The translations under genes were made by a program, and so were the position numbers. DNA of 64,000 nucleotides, taken from contig OX597827.1 of assembly GCA_951406725.2 (NCBI GenBank), positions 37,138,001 to 37,202,000 on the forward strand. The letters run 5' to 3'. Numbering within the stretch: the first letter of the stretch is position 1; each line of letters opens with the position of its first letter. This DNA comes from Octopus vulgaris. Taxonomy: Eukaryota. The notes under the pieces were generated by a model. It was not told the origin of the DNA and searched no databases. It worked only from the letters and a program-made list of their open reading frames with translations. Positions 12,635 through 25,250 of this stretch are shown here, piece after piece.

Positions 12635-12952
12635 TCATCATCATCATCGTTTAACGTCTGTTTTCCATGCTAGCATGGGTTGGACGATTTGACCAGGGTC
12701 TGGGAAGCTGGGAGGCTGCACCAGACTCCAGTCTTATCTGGCAGTGTTTCTACAGATGGATGCCCTTCCTAACACCAACCACTCCATGAGTGTAGTGGGT
12801 GCTTTTTATGTGCCACCGGCACAGGTGTCAGGCAAGGCTGGCAATGACCACGATCGGTTGGTGCTTTTTACGTGCCACCGGCATGGAGGCCAGTCGAGGC
12901 GGCGCTGGCAATGGCCACGTTCGGATGGATCTTTTTATGTGCCACTGGCACT
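12635..12952 (-). mobile_element. RTE LINE 3' UTR (family B)
   Basis: (GAT)n tail, conserved block and repeat units. Confidence 0.85.
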
Positions 12953-13575
12953 GAGAGAGAGAGAGAGCAATGTATATTGCAAAAATTTTCAACATGTGAA
13001 ATATTAGTCCCTTCTTTTCATTGCCTGTTACAGATGCTATTTCTGTGTTCCCTTCTGTTGAAGAGTGTAGGCTCAAAACGTAAAAGACTATCTCATTTCT
13101 CAAGTGTTAAACTAATACATCTGTTTGTTGCTTTGTCTTTGTCGTTTGTTTTTTGTTTTTTTGTAAATTCCATCTATCTATATATATATATATATACATA
13201 CACACACTCACACATATCATTTAATGTATAGAGTATAAAAATAAGAGCTACTAATAGTTTCTTACTTTAGAGACATGGGTCTAGGCAAGTTTTATAACAC
13301 GCCTTGTGTCTCAAAGCAATCTTCAGGCTTTGACCACATGGTCTATTCCATTTGCAAATAAGGATGCTGGTATAAGAGAAATCACAAGAAAGTATAAGAA
13401 GGTAGATGCAAAAAGTGGAAAGATGAATAAAAACAGAAAAAGTAAAGAAAATTACAATTATGTCTCCTTTTACTATAATGACAGTTGTTGTAGAATCATT
13501 CAACGGAGAGGGATCCAAAGTCTGTGAGACACCTACTCAATCCTAAGAGGGTGGTGTCCGCCAGTTTGCAAGAAG

Positions 13576-14235
13576 AAATTTGGGATCTTCGTGGTTTTTG
13601 TCGATGTTTACAATTTTATGCCAATTGTCTTCAAATTTGGTATATGGATTAAGTTTTGTACACTAGTTATGAAAATGAAATTCATTTTCCCTATAAATCC
13701 ATAATTACAAAATTATTAGCCTTAAAAATTTGCCAATTTTGGGTATTTTAGCCAATGTATTTTAGCCAGTGAGTATTTTAGACATCACCATGGCAAAGAA
13801 GTCTGTTTCTATAGTAACCATAGCAAAAAAGCACCACGTGTTCCATAGCTGATTGTGAAGAACTCTGTTTCCATAGTGACCAAAGATGCTGCACATGTGC
13901 ACAGGTGTGTAACCACCACTTGTTCTATAATTGTTTGTTCTCATAACAGATGGAACTCACACTCAACAATTTTAATTTAATGTTTTGACATGCCAATGCC
14001 CCCACCCCCACCCCCTGACGAGAGAAGAGGCAGCAAATGCACTGTTTTCTGATTGGCTGAAAATTCTGAATATTATCAAACTTTGAACACCTGTAACATT
14101 TTTGCAAAAAATTTTCTTGAATAAATGAATAACAAATTCAGATTCAGTGCTAAAAATTATATCTATATGATACATTAAAACAATTTTTTAAAGATAATTG
14201 TAAACAGTGACGAAAACCACAAAGATCTGAAATTT
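13576..14235. mobile_element. Non-autonomous DNA transposon/MITE with ~40-bp terminal inverted repeats
   Basis: Left aaatttgggatcttcgtggtttttgtcgatgtttacaatt versus the reverse complement of right aattgtaaacagtgacgaaaaccacaaagatctgaaattt. Confidence 0.7.
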
Positions 14236-14244
14236 GTCCATATC

Positions 14245-14960
14245 CTTGCATTTGCTGAAATTTTATATCTAAAAAGAATGTGTGACCTTTCAGCTACACT
14301 TAAATTGCATTTTTTGATCCATTAACATATGGCATGGATTTCTCTAAGATTCTCCACCTGATTGTATGTGGTAAGCAGTTGGTCTTCAAAATCCATATAT
14401 GGTTAGCCAACTTAATGGTTTTACTGCTGTTGATGTGCTGGAAAGAAGATAGGTGGTTTGCATAACATCTTTTGAAATCCCCTTCACATAACTTGATGTT
14501 TCTCTTTTTGGTTAAGTTATCTTGAAGCATTACTGTGACTTCTGCCTCATATCCCATATACATGCATACATACATACATGCATGCATGTATGTTCTCTTT
14601 CTCCTTTTAATCTAGAGTAAATTTTAACTGGTCATTTAGTCGGTAGCAAGGTTGTGACTGAAAGTATCTTGTTTTAACCACCATCCTTTAATCTGAAGAA
14701 GATCTTGCAGATTTTTGTAGTCTCAGATACTGTGATCAGTTGTGGCATGTACGTATGCATACATGATGCATGTATGCATGATTAGTATTTAGATGTACTT
14801 CACTATTATATCTTTCTATGCAGTTTGAATTAAAATCCCCTAATAGTAGTAACTATTGTATCCCTATGTGTGTTGAGTATTTGGTTATAATTTCTACTGC
14901 TAATATATCCATATCTCCCAATGTGGTCCCTATCTAAATCAATCTGTATTTGAGTGTGTT
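14245..14960 (-). mobile_element. Penelope-like element fragment (GIY-YIG endonuclease region)
   Basis: ORF 14300-14587 contains LCEGDFKRCYANHLSSF..KLANHIWILK..IRWRILEKSMPY..GSK, the PLE GIY-YIG signature; the upstream extent is uncertain. Confidence 0.65.
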
Positions 14961-16147
14961 TGAAACTATTGTGATATTCATCAATATCTAAAACAAAACT
15001 GTTTCAATAAAACAATGAGAACGAACATTACTTATGTTAACTGTTATATTGTTGTTTTGAAAGAGTTTTCTTTTGGCCGAATTGATTTTAGATTTAGGAA
15101 AACCTGCATTTCTACTGTATTGCACAACACATTTGTAAAAAATTACTTTGAAAAACTTTTCAAAAATAAACCACTAAAAAATAGAAATGGTGACTTCTAA
15201 AATAGTGGAACAGACATACTCAAAGAGAGCATAAACCAATCAAACAGGATAAAAACAGAGGTAGTGAGGTGTTTTCTGGTGCGTTTGATATTTCTTTCTC
15301 GTTTGGATAGTAGTAGTGATGATGATGGTGGTGGTGGTGGTGGTGGTGGTGGTGGTGGTGGTAGCGGTGGTACCAAAACGAAAAAAAAAACTTGAATCAT
15401 ATATAAAAATGTAATTCTTGGCTGCAGCAGCAGGAATGTTTATTTTTGTTTTTCTTCTTTTTTTTTTACTTCAATGGAAATATAGATTTATACTGATCTC
15501 TACTGAAAGATACGTAGAAGAACACGGAAAAGATTACTTTCCAAAACTGAAGCACTTACAATTACCACACACATGCATGCATACACACAATTATACACAC
15601 ACACATGTACACACGCTCAAGTACACACATACATAACGTCACAATCATTTTATAGCCATTTTTTATATTGGCATGTGTTGGCCAAGTCACAAAGCACTAC
15701 ATCTTACATCCACCCCAGCACACATACACACACTCACAGAACACACATATATGCATACACATGCACATGTATACACACTCATATATCTTCTTACACACAC
15801 CTGCTTACACACTCACATACACACATGCATACTCACACACATTTATGCATACACTCTCATACACACACTGACATACAGACATGCACATATACAAACAGCT
15901 CACATACATACACACTCGCATATACAAATGCATACACACATGCATGCATGAGTGTGTGTATACAAGTTCATACACATACCCACCTGCACATATACCCACT
16001 TATGTGCACACACACACATGCATGCACACATACACACACACACATTTACACATGCTCACATACATATCCACTTATGCACAGACACATGCATGTTCACACA
16101 CATACATGCTTGCACACACTCACATAGATACATTCACACACATGTTC

Positions 16148-16320
16148 CTATTCTTTTATTCTTTTATTTGTTTCAGTCATTGTTTCAGACTGCAGCCATG
16201 CAAATCAACCCCAAGTACTTATTTTATCGGCGTCCCTTGCCGAATCACTAAGTTGTGGGGACATAAACACACCAACATCGGTTGTCAAGCGATGCTGGGG
16301 ACACACACACACAAACACAG

Positions 16321-16330
<10 letters not shown>
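16148..16330 (-). mobile_element. SINE family A 3' fragment
   Basis: ttttatttgtttcagtcat..acataaacaccaacatcggttgtcaagc. Confidence 0.75.
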
Positions 16331-16396
<66 letters not shown>

Positions 16397-16429
16397 TCAC
16401 ATAGCCCCCAACAACATTCACATGATTGC

Positions 16430-17733
16430 TACTTTAAAGGAAGATACTCCATCTTTATCAACAATGCAAAAGTGGGTATCTGAATTTTGGAGGGGAAGGG
16501 AAAATCTTGAAGATGACCCAAGCATTGGATGTTCTGCAACTATCACCATATTGAGAAAAATCATTGTATTCACCACATGGTGATGGATGACAAGTGATTG
16601 ATGACAATCAAAAATTCAATGCTATTAGCATAGCCCATGAGAGAGTTGAGACTATTCTGTACAATGAATTGTACACCCAATCTCACTAAGTTTTCTGCTC
16701 AGTGGGTGTCATGTCTTCTGATACCTGATCAAAAATGTACCAGGCTGATCACATCACAAGAAAATCTGACATTGTTTGAGGCAGATTCAACTGGTTTCCC
16801 TGAATGTTTCTTAAGCCGAGATGAGTGTTGGATTCAACACTTTGATCTAGAGACAAAGAGACAATTTGTGAGGTAGAAACACCCAATCTCACGTGTTCCA
16901 AACGTGGCCACAGTCGTTTTATCAGCAAGGTAGGTGATGGCCTCAGTTTTTGGGGGATGCAAAAGGCATTGTGTTTACTGACTATCTTCAAAAGGGCCAC
17001 ACCATCAAAAGAGAGTACTATGCCAACTTGCTGAGGCTGTTATGAAAGGCTATCAAGACTAAATGCCCCAAAAAACTGATGAAAGTGTTCTTTCTTCTTC
17101 AGGCCAATGCTCCAGAATACAAGTCTGTTATATCCTTATGAATAAACAAATACACTGCAACAGTGTAATAGTAATATAATCAAAACAAACAGCAGTAACC
17201 ACATGGAATGTCATGGCAATCTTTTAAGAACCAACAGTTCAACATGCTAACTCGTACTGTAAACTTTGAACTATCAACACACGAACTGTGGAACTTGCAT
17301 GAACTACCTCACTTACTCCGATCGCTACTATTTATGTGTAGTGGTTCAGTCCATTCTTGCTAGGGGGCATCATACTCTCACACAACAAAATCCTTGGTTT
17401 CAGTGGCTGTTGTACATGACTGTGGTTTTGATCTAGTTAATCAACCTCCCTATTCTCTTGATTTGACCCCATCTGACTATGATCTGTTCCCCACCATGAA
17501 AAGACACTTGGCTGGGAACCAGTATCATAGTGATGATGACATCATAACTGCTCTTGATGGCTCTTTTGACCAGCAGGACAAAAGCTTATTCACCAGTGGG
17601 ATCCAAGCACTGCAACACAGATGGAAGAAGTGTGTGGGCCACAAGGAGGTCTATGTTGAAAAATAAACCTCATTTGGTCACATCCTATGAGAATATCTTG
17701 GTCAGCTGATGAACTTTTCAGCTAACCCTTGTA
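16430..17733 (+). pseudogene. Mariner-family transposase remnant with right TIR, interrupted by an insertion
   Basis: KWVSEF.RGRENLEDDP, WVSCLL (WVPxxL), SRDECW (TGDETW), ANAPEYKS, PPYSLDLTPSDYDLF; TIR-like end aacttttcagctaacccttg-TA. Confidence 0.85.
17126..17387. mobile_element. Solo-LTR-like insertion inside the mariner
   Basis: TGTT...AACA termini; flanking 5-bp duplication AAGTC/AAATC; removing it restores mariner motif continuity. Confidence 0.65.
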
Positions 17734-19330
17734 TTATGTTGATTTTTTCAGCTAAAATTCTTCAAGGTGGTGCCTCAGCATGGCTACAGTCCAATTACTG
17801 AAACAAATAAAAAATAAAAGATACCTCCATTCTATCCATCATAAACCTCTTCTTTCTTCTGCAACTCTCAAACCTGTTATTATTCATAAGTCTGATACTT
17901 GCTACGTATGACATCATGGACCTAGCTACAAAGCTACATCCTATCTCTGCTGGAACTACTGCACATTCCTATCCATGTCTTTCTCATACCACTATGTTCT
18001 TCATATTTTAAACACTTCTTTTCATCTGCCTACTTTATATTCTCAAGGAACCATTAACCTTACTAAGACTTTCTTTGTCAGATCAAACTATACAATTATA
18101 TCGTATTACTCCATCATTGCAATCTGTCTTGGAAATATGATTGCTTCCTTCAGATCTGCTCATCTTCTGAGTTATTAACATCATCCAGAAATCAAAGTCT
18201 TGTCTTTCCTTTCTCTACACTCTTCTATTGCTTTTTTTTTTAACCTCCCTTGTGCAAGACAACTAGTTGTATCTTGGTGTTGATTCTCACTACATTGATA
18301 ATGTTGCGTTAATGTTTTAGTGCTGTAGTAAGACTGTTAAATACCTGGTTATGGTACTAGGTGTATTCTACCATATATAACTGATTTGCTGTCGGTATAT
18401 GTTCCTGTGTCAATTAATTGTGTTGATCCACTATTCATTCTATGCCAGAGAAATACATCAATCTCAACAGAAATTGCAAGTTGCTGGCTCCATTCCCCAC
18501 ATAATGCTCTCTACTAACTTTCTTCACTCTGCTGTCACTTATTCTGTACATTATTTTCCTGACACTGTTGTTTTTGTCACTCATTCTTCCTTCTCAATTT
18601 CACAAATTTCTCTGATCCTGACAATATTAATCAACCATTCTTAATCGGAAGAAATATCCATTTGTTATTATATGTCCTCATCCATCCAAGGTGAGTCCTT
18701 CACAGCTCAAGTAATTTCTTTTCATTTCTAGCTAGAAATTGGGCACCTGAACAGATTTCCTTGCATGCAATTTATTTCTTGTCAACATTATAGGCTGTGT
18801 TCAACCAAGTAACAGGATGCAGGAAGAGAAAGATGAGAGGGATAGAAGAGGAAACACTGGAAGTGAGAGAAAGTGAAAAGGAAGAGAGCAATGGGTGATT
18901 GAGATAGATAGATAGATATGTAGGTAGGTAGGTAGGTAGATAGGTAGGTAGGTAGGTAGATGGGTGCGTGGGTGGGTTTTAGTTAGGTAGGTTGGTGGGT
19001 GGTTCGGTAGGCAAATAGGTATGTAGGTAGGTTGATTGATTGATTGAGTGATTGAGTGATGGATACAAAGAATGAGTGGTAAAGATAAAAGTAACATTAG
19101 AGATTGATATTAATGAAGATGTATAGATACATATATATTGATGGCAAGATATATATTCATTGTCTCTCTCCCTCTCTCTCTCACACACACACGCAGTCAT
19201 TTAAATGATCAAACTGGTGATCACTCTGTGAAATAAACAGCAGAACAAATAATTATGATCTATTCCATTTCAAAGTGGATAATGTTTCAGTAGATAATTA
19301 GAATTAATCAATAAGGGAGGCCTCCATAAA

Positions 19331-20500
19331 TATCAAGTCATCCTATAAGTTCTGTCTAATTTTCCCTTTTTTAAAACTGAATGAAATTTAATAGTATTTT
19401 AGAATGTCTAATGGAATTAAAAATTATTTTTATGCATTTGTGTATATTTAAACTAATTAAATATTATTTTACAGAATAATAGAATTAAAATTTCTTTGAT
19501 TAAAACCCTTTCTAACATGGAAGTATCCAAAGAGCATTTGAGGCACATAATGCTTTATGAGAACAAAAAAGGAAACTCTGCAGCCAAGGCAACTAGAAAT
19601 ATACACTCAGATAATGGGAAAGAATGCTTGAATGACAGAACTTGCAGAAGATAATTTGCAAAATTCAGAAGTGGAGATTTCAGCCTTGAAGATAAAGGTC
19701 GAACAGAACATCCAGTTGAGTTTAAGGATAAGCTCCTTGAGGAATTACTTGAAGAAAATCCTGCATTATCAGTTGAAGAATTGGCAATAAAGCTTAGCTG
19801 AAACCATACAACTGTTCATTGTCATCTTCAACAATTTGGAAAGGTTCCTGAACTTAGAAAATGGGTGCATCAGGAATTGTCCAAAAGCAACCATAAATCC
19901 TGAGTTGCCATCTACTCTTCTCTCCATTCTCGCGAACTCATTTCACCCTTTTTGGATAGACTTGTGACTGGTGATGAAAAATGTATCTTCTATTGAAATG
20001 TTAAATGTCATAAACAGTGGCTTGATAGAAGGAAAAAGGCTCAACCACAACCGAGAAGGGAACTTCATGGGAAAAAGGTTCTTCTCACTATCTGGTGGGA
20101 TTGCAAAGGAGTAATTCACTTTGAATTGTTACCACCAAATGCAACAATCGATGCTCAAGTCTACTGTGAGCAATTAAAGTGTTTGAACCAAGCTTTGAAG
20201 AAAAAAGATCCGCTTTAGTGAACCGAAAAGTAGTGATGTTTCATCAGGAAAATACGCAACCCCACACTGCAAAGATCACATCACAGAAGATCGAAGAGCT
20301 TGGTTGGGAAAAAATTCCTCATCCACCTTATTCTCCTGACCTAGCTCCTTCAGACTACCATTTGTTTTGTAGTTTACAGAATCATATGGGGGACATAACT
20401 TTCGCAAGCCAGGAAGAGGTTGAAACTGAACTGACATTTCAGAGTTCTTCGCTTTGAAACCATTCATACAGAGATGTAATGGCTTGTCCAGAAAGTTTGT
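19331..20500 (+). pseudogene. Mariner-family transposase pseudogene, nearly full length
   Basis: ATG at 19517, MEVSKEHLRHIMLYE..; KWVHQEL, LVTGDEK, IWWDCKGV, FHQENTQPH, HPPYSPDLAPSDYHLF; several stops. Confidence 0.9.
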
Positions 20501-20544
20501 ACCGATTTTTAAAGGCAAGAAAAAGGTCAATAAATACTTGGCAT

Positions 20545-21262
20545 TCATCATCATCATCATCATCATTATCATCATCATTGTTTAATGTCCGCTTTCCATG
20601 GGTTGAACGATTTGACTGAGGTCTGGCTAATCAGATGGCTGCACAAGACTCCAATCTGATCTGGCAGAGTTTCTACCACTGGATGCCCTTCCTAACACCA
20701 ACTACCCCAGTGTAGTGGGTGCTTTTACATGCCACCAGCACGAGAGCCAGTCAGGCGGTACTGGCAACGGCCACACTCAAATGGTGCTTTTTATGTGCCA
20801 CCTGCACAGAAGCCAGTCCAGTGGTACTGGCAACGACCTCGCTCGAATGTTTTTCACATGCCTCCAGCACAAGTGCCAGTAAGGCGACACGGTTAACAAT
20901 CACGCTTGAATGGTATTTTTTATGTGCCATCGGCATGGAGGCCAGCTTGTTGCTCTGGCAACGATCACGCTTGTATGGTACTCTTAGTGCTCCATTAGCA
21001 TGGATGCCAGTCATCGAATTTGATTTCGATTTCGATTTCACTTGCCTCAACAGGTCTTCGCATGCAGAGTTTAGTGTCCAATGAAGGAAAGGTACACCCC
21101 TGGCATAGGCCACAAGGTTATAGTCTCACTTGCGCTTGCCAAGTCTTCTCAAGCACAGCATATATCCAAAGGTCCCGGTCACTAGTCATTGCCTCGGTGA
21201 GGCCCAATGTTCAAAGGTCATGCTTCACCACCTCATCCCAGGTTTTCCTGGGTCTACCTCTT
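20545..21262 (-). mobile_element. RTE LINE 3' end: ORF C-terminus plus 3' UTR (family B)
   Basis: Minus strand 21262-21130 reads RGRPRKTWDEVVKHDL*TLGLTEAMTSDRDLW (RTE C-terminal motif), then the ~60-bp repeat array, conserved block and (GAT)n tail. Confidence 0.85.
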
Positions 21263-22704
21263 CAGGTTCAGTGTGTAATGCACCAAAATCTGGATGCCTT
21301 AAGACTTCTGTGACTGAAAAAAATGAAATGTTAGTGGCTATGACATTTGTGAAGAGTCTAAAGAAGTTCACACGATGTGCTTTCTCTGTCCTATGAAGAA
21401 AGGCTGAGGACGCTCGACCTTTATTCTCTTGAAAAACGCCGCCGCCGTGGTGATCTCATTCTCGCCCACAACATCATAAGCGGAAAGTGTAACCTCTCGA
21501 AAGAGCTGTTCTTCACTCCTGCTCCAGAGCGTCAGCTGCGGGGTCATTCCGAAAAGCTCTACCTGCGACGATTTCATCTCAATCGAAGGAGAGGAGCTTT
21601 CTCCGTCTGGGTTGCAGATCCGTGGAACAAGCTGCCAGACGAGATGGTGAAGATGCCGACGACCGCTTTGTTCAAAGCCTCTCTGGACCTCAAGTGGCCT
21701 GAACTCTTTACATGAACACCACCCTGTACTTAACTCCATGTCCCCCTACATGGCCTTGCTATTTGCTTTTGAGCCAAATTAACTAACTAACTAACTAACT
21801 ATCCATACTAAAACATCATTGGAATGCCTAATGCATAAGCTGAAATTAAAACCTTTCTCTCCACAACTGGTACATGGTCTTTTGGAGGATGACCCAGATT
21901 GCTGGCTGCAATTCTGAGAAATGATGCATGACCAAATTACTAATGAGCAACCAGACTATCTGAATAAGATCATCTGGTCAGATGAGGCTTGTTTCAAATT
22001 ATCTAGTAATGTAAACAGGCATAATTGCATGTACTGGGCTAATGAAAATCTGCATTTGACTATAGAATCTCAACTGAACCAGCCTGGCCTTACAGGTTTG
22101 GGTTGCACTTTCAAGCAAAGGTGTTATCGGATCCAGTTTCTTTGATAGAGCTGTAAATGGAGAGAGCTACTAGGAAATGCTTCGTGACATGGTAGTTCCA
22201 CAACTCAGAACCAAAGCTAACTCTGATGAACTGTTCTTTCAACAAGAGGGAGCACCTCCACATTATGCATTGACTGTAAGAGACTACCTTAACCAAGCTT
22301 TTCCACAGCTTTGGTTTGGAAAACTGGGCAGCATCGAATGGCCACCATGTTCACCTGACCTGACACCAATGGATTTCTTTTTTGGGGTGTTATAAAGAAC
22401 AAGATTAATGAGAAGAATCCCAAAACAGTAAATGAATTAAAAGATTACATTTCTGATGCATTCACTGAAATTGATGGAGATCTGAATTTGTGCCACACTG
22501 TGTGTCAGAGTGTTCTGAAGAGGTTTGAAGAATGTTGCAATGTTGAAGGAGGATATTTTGAGCATCTGAGAGATTAAACATTGTCTGTTTAAGATGTGCA
22601 TAAATAATATGATTGTAAGATAGAAATTTTAATGTAATAAAATGTTTTTAAAGAAATTTGAAGTGCGTACATGATAACTGTAAACCTACTTTTAGACCAC
22701 CCTG
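21263..22704 (+). pseudogene. Tc1/mariner DD41D (rosa-type) transposase remnant, split by a CR1 insertion
   Basis: IIWSDEACF, VNRHNC.YW, FQQ(E/D)GAPPH..41 aa..WPPCSPDLTPMD; TIR-like end acttttagaccaccctg-TA. Confidence 0.8.
21387..21800 (+). mobile_element. CR1-clade LINE 3' end with (TAAC)n tail
   Basis: SYEERL..LEKRRRRGDLI..LRGHSEKL..FSV.V..PWNKLP; near-identical to 53341-53760. Confidence 0.9.
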
Positions 22705-22720
22705 TATATATATTCCATTT

Positions 22721-23072
22721 CACGACCGTTGCCAGCACCGCCCCGACTGGCCTCGTGCCGGTGGCACGTAAAAAGCACCATCCGTTCGTGTCCATTGCCA
22801 GCCTCGCCTGGCCCTCGTGCCAGTGGCACATAAAAAGCACCATCCGTTCGTGGCCGTTTGCCAGCTCTGTCTGGCACCTGTGTGGGTGGCACGTAAAAGC
22901 ACCCACTACACTCACGGAGTGGTTGGCGTTAGGAAGGGCATCCAGCCGTAGAAACACTGCCAGATTTGACTGGGCCTGATGAAGCCTTCTGGCTTCACAG
23001 ACCCCAGTAGAACCTTCCAACCCATGCTAGCATGGAAAACGGACGCTAAACGATGATGATGATGATGATGAT
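22721..23072 (+). mobile_element. RTE LINE 3' UTR (family B)
   Basis: Repeat units ggtggcacgtaaaaagcacc, conserved block, (GAT)n tail. Confidence 0.85.
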
Positions 23073-23186
23073 ATATATATATAGGACATGAAGGATTTAA
23101 TTCACGGGTGATCTAAACAAATAGGTATGCTGAGTAAGTGTTATAATTGGTCATCTGTTAGGTTCCAATGTCCTTTTCTCCTAATG

Positions 23187-23225
<39 letters not shown>

Positions 23226-23993
23226 ATGTATTAGTAAAAAGTAAGGGATTACCCCAGAATGATTACCAGTTTGCTCTCAGTTAGGCATTCAAAATATGTT
23301 ATTCAACAGTTAACATATAAGTCCAATAAAGTTCTTATAAAGTAAGAAATTACTTGAATATTTTGTTAGATAATTCTGAATATATTTCCTTAACTCTGTA
23401 GGTTCCCTGGAGTATAAATATTGACAATATTAATAGTAAGAATTATTCGGAAGTAACAATAGCATTACCTTTAATTCTATAATTATATACTGCCTCTTAA
23501 GACTAACACGTGTTTCATTTGCATTGATTAGTAATTGTTGCAATTGCAACCCTATTATAAAAGGGTGTAGAGTCTTCAGGGTCTTAACTTAACTCAGTAT
23601 GGCTGTTTAATGATTTTCTATTGTAAATTCTGCATTGCATAATGTAGAGTTGTTCATTAAGTCAGACGCGAACAATCTTTATTTCCAGTTCTTATTGAAT
23701 AATCATCTTCAATCCATCATTTCAAAGAGAAGATTACATAACACACCACACACACGCATGCATGCATGAGCACATACAGACACATGTACATAAACACATA
23801 GGTACATAGACACATTATATACATGCATGCAATTAGGCATCCATGCTTACACCTATAGAGACACGTACATATATGCAAACCGAAAAATAGGTAGAGGTAC
23901 ATTATCAAACACACAGGTATGTTAAGAATAATGAAACATTTGGAGAAAGAGAAGAGAAAATGAAAGTAAAATTACTGTTTTTCTTTGTTTCAG

Positions 23994-24149
23994 TTGATCT
24001 TCACAGACGTGAAGAATAAACAGATCTTTCTGACCTACAATGAAGCTGAGCATATGATACGAGTTTCCATAGATTTTACACCCAACAGAATTGTACTGCA
24101 CCCAACTATGGAAGACTGGGTTCTTGGGTATGATTTGAAAGCTGGAAAG
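23994..24149 (+). CDS. Internal coding exon of a VPS10-domain receptor (SorCS/sortilin/SORL1 family; closest resemblance SorCS)
   Basis: Polypyrimidine acceptor tttttctttgtttcag|, donor AAG|gtaaga, 156 nt, phase 0/0, open: LIFTDVKNKQIFLTYNEAEHMIRVSIDFTPNRIVLHPTMEDWVLGYDLKAGK. Resembles the SorCS segment ..SSDEGATY..FHPKQEDWILAY.. as I recall it. Confidence 0.8.
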
Positions 24150-24267
24150 GTAAGAATTGTTTACACAGTTTGTCATTACTGTCAACATCATCATTTCATC
24201 ATCACCACCATTGTTGTCAATATCATCATCACCCTCATCATCATCACTATTATCCCTTTCATCAAAA

Positions 24268-25000
24268 TCAAAATCTTGGTTGTTAATTCCAAGTTCACTC
24301 ATCATTTCATCCAGTTGGTTGATGTATACATGTGCTGTAATTGACTTACCAGACCTCATGATGCTTTAATGGATAACACCAGCACTGGACCACCAAACAG
24401 ACACCATTAGCCCTTCCTGGTGAATATTCTTACTTGGATTGTGTTTTGGCACTTTGTCTCTATCCAACAACTGTGCAGAACGCTTGCTATTGTAAAAAGA
24501 AATCCATTTCTTCATGACATGTAACAATACGATGCAAAAATGGTTCACTTTTATGCTGTGACAGCAAAGAACAGCAAGTTTCAAGACATGTCATTTGGTG
24601 CTTGTTCAGTTCATGTGGTACTCACTTGTCCAGCTTCTTTACCTTGCTGATTTATTTCAGATGGTCCAATACAGTTGGAATCAAAACATAAAACCTTGCT
24701 GCTAACTCACACATAGTTTGAGATGTATCTGCTTTCACTACAGTTTCCAGCTCATCATTATCCACCTTGGTCTCAGGTCTACCACAGGGCTGATTTTCAA
24801 GAGTAAAGTCACTAAACCGGAACTTCTCAAACCATGGTTGTACAGTGTTCTCATTTGCACCATCTTCACCAAACACCTCATTCATGTTTTGAGCTGTCTG
24901 AGATGGATGCATTGTTTCCATGACGGAACTCATATTCATAAACAACAGGAATTTTTTTTATCTATCCATGGGTTCACAATAATTGATTTACAAGAGAAAA
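24268..25000 (-). pseudogene. Mariner-family transposase remnant (N-terminal two-thirds)
   Basis: TVQPWFEKFRFSDFTLENQPCGRP, LDK*VPHEL, LMVSVWWSSAGVIH, GKSITAHVYINQLDEM. Confidence 0.85.
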
Positions 25001-25197
25001 CTCACAACATAATCAGAGACTATGAATTGCATTTTGAAAAGTGATGATGTAACTTTTTAATGTTGTAAAACAAAGAATTGTCAGGATAAGACATTAGAGT
25101 TGACAACTGTCAAACTTGGTGCATAAGAAAATTGGACATTTCATTGTTAATGACCTGATACAAATAGGAACAATGCAGTAACAGAATATATTTAGAA

Positions 25198-25250
<53 letters not shown>

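Noticed and set aside
13271-13401. Possible exon between AG and GT signals
   Set aside because: Peptides unrecognisable; frames from the better acceptor hit stops.
14690-14730. CTGAAGA followed by a small hairpin
   Set aside because: No GAAA after the stem; lies antisense within a probable PLE coding remnant.
22950-23000. GAAAC...CTGATGA in family B as a permuted hammerhead
   Set aside because: No stem III or NUH site can be formed, and other copies read ctggtgc at this position.
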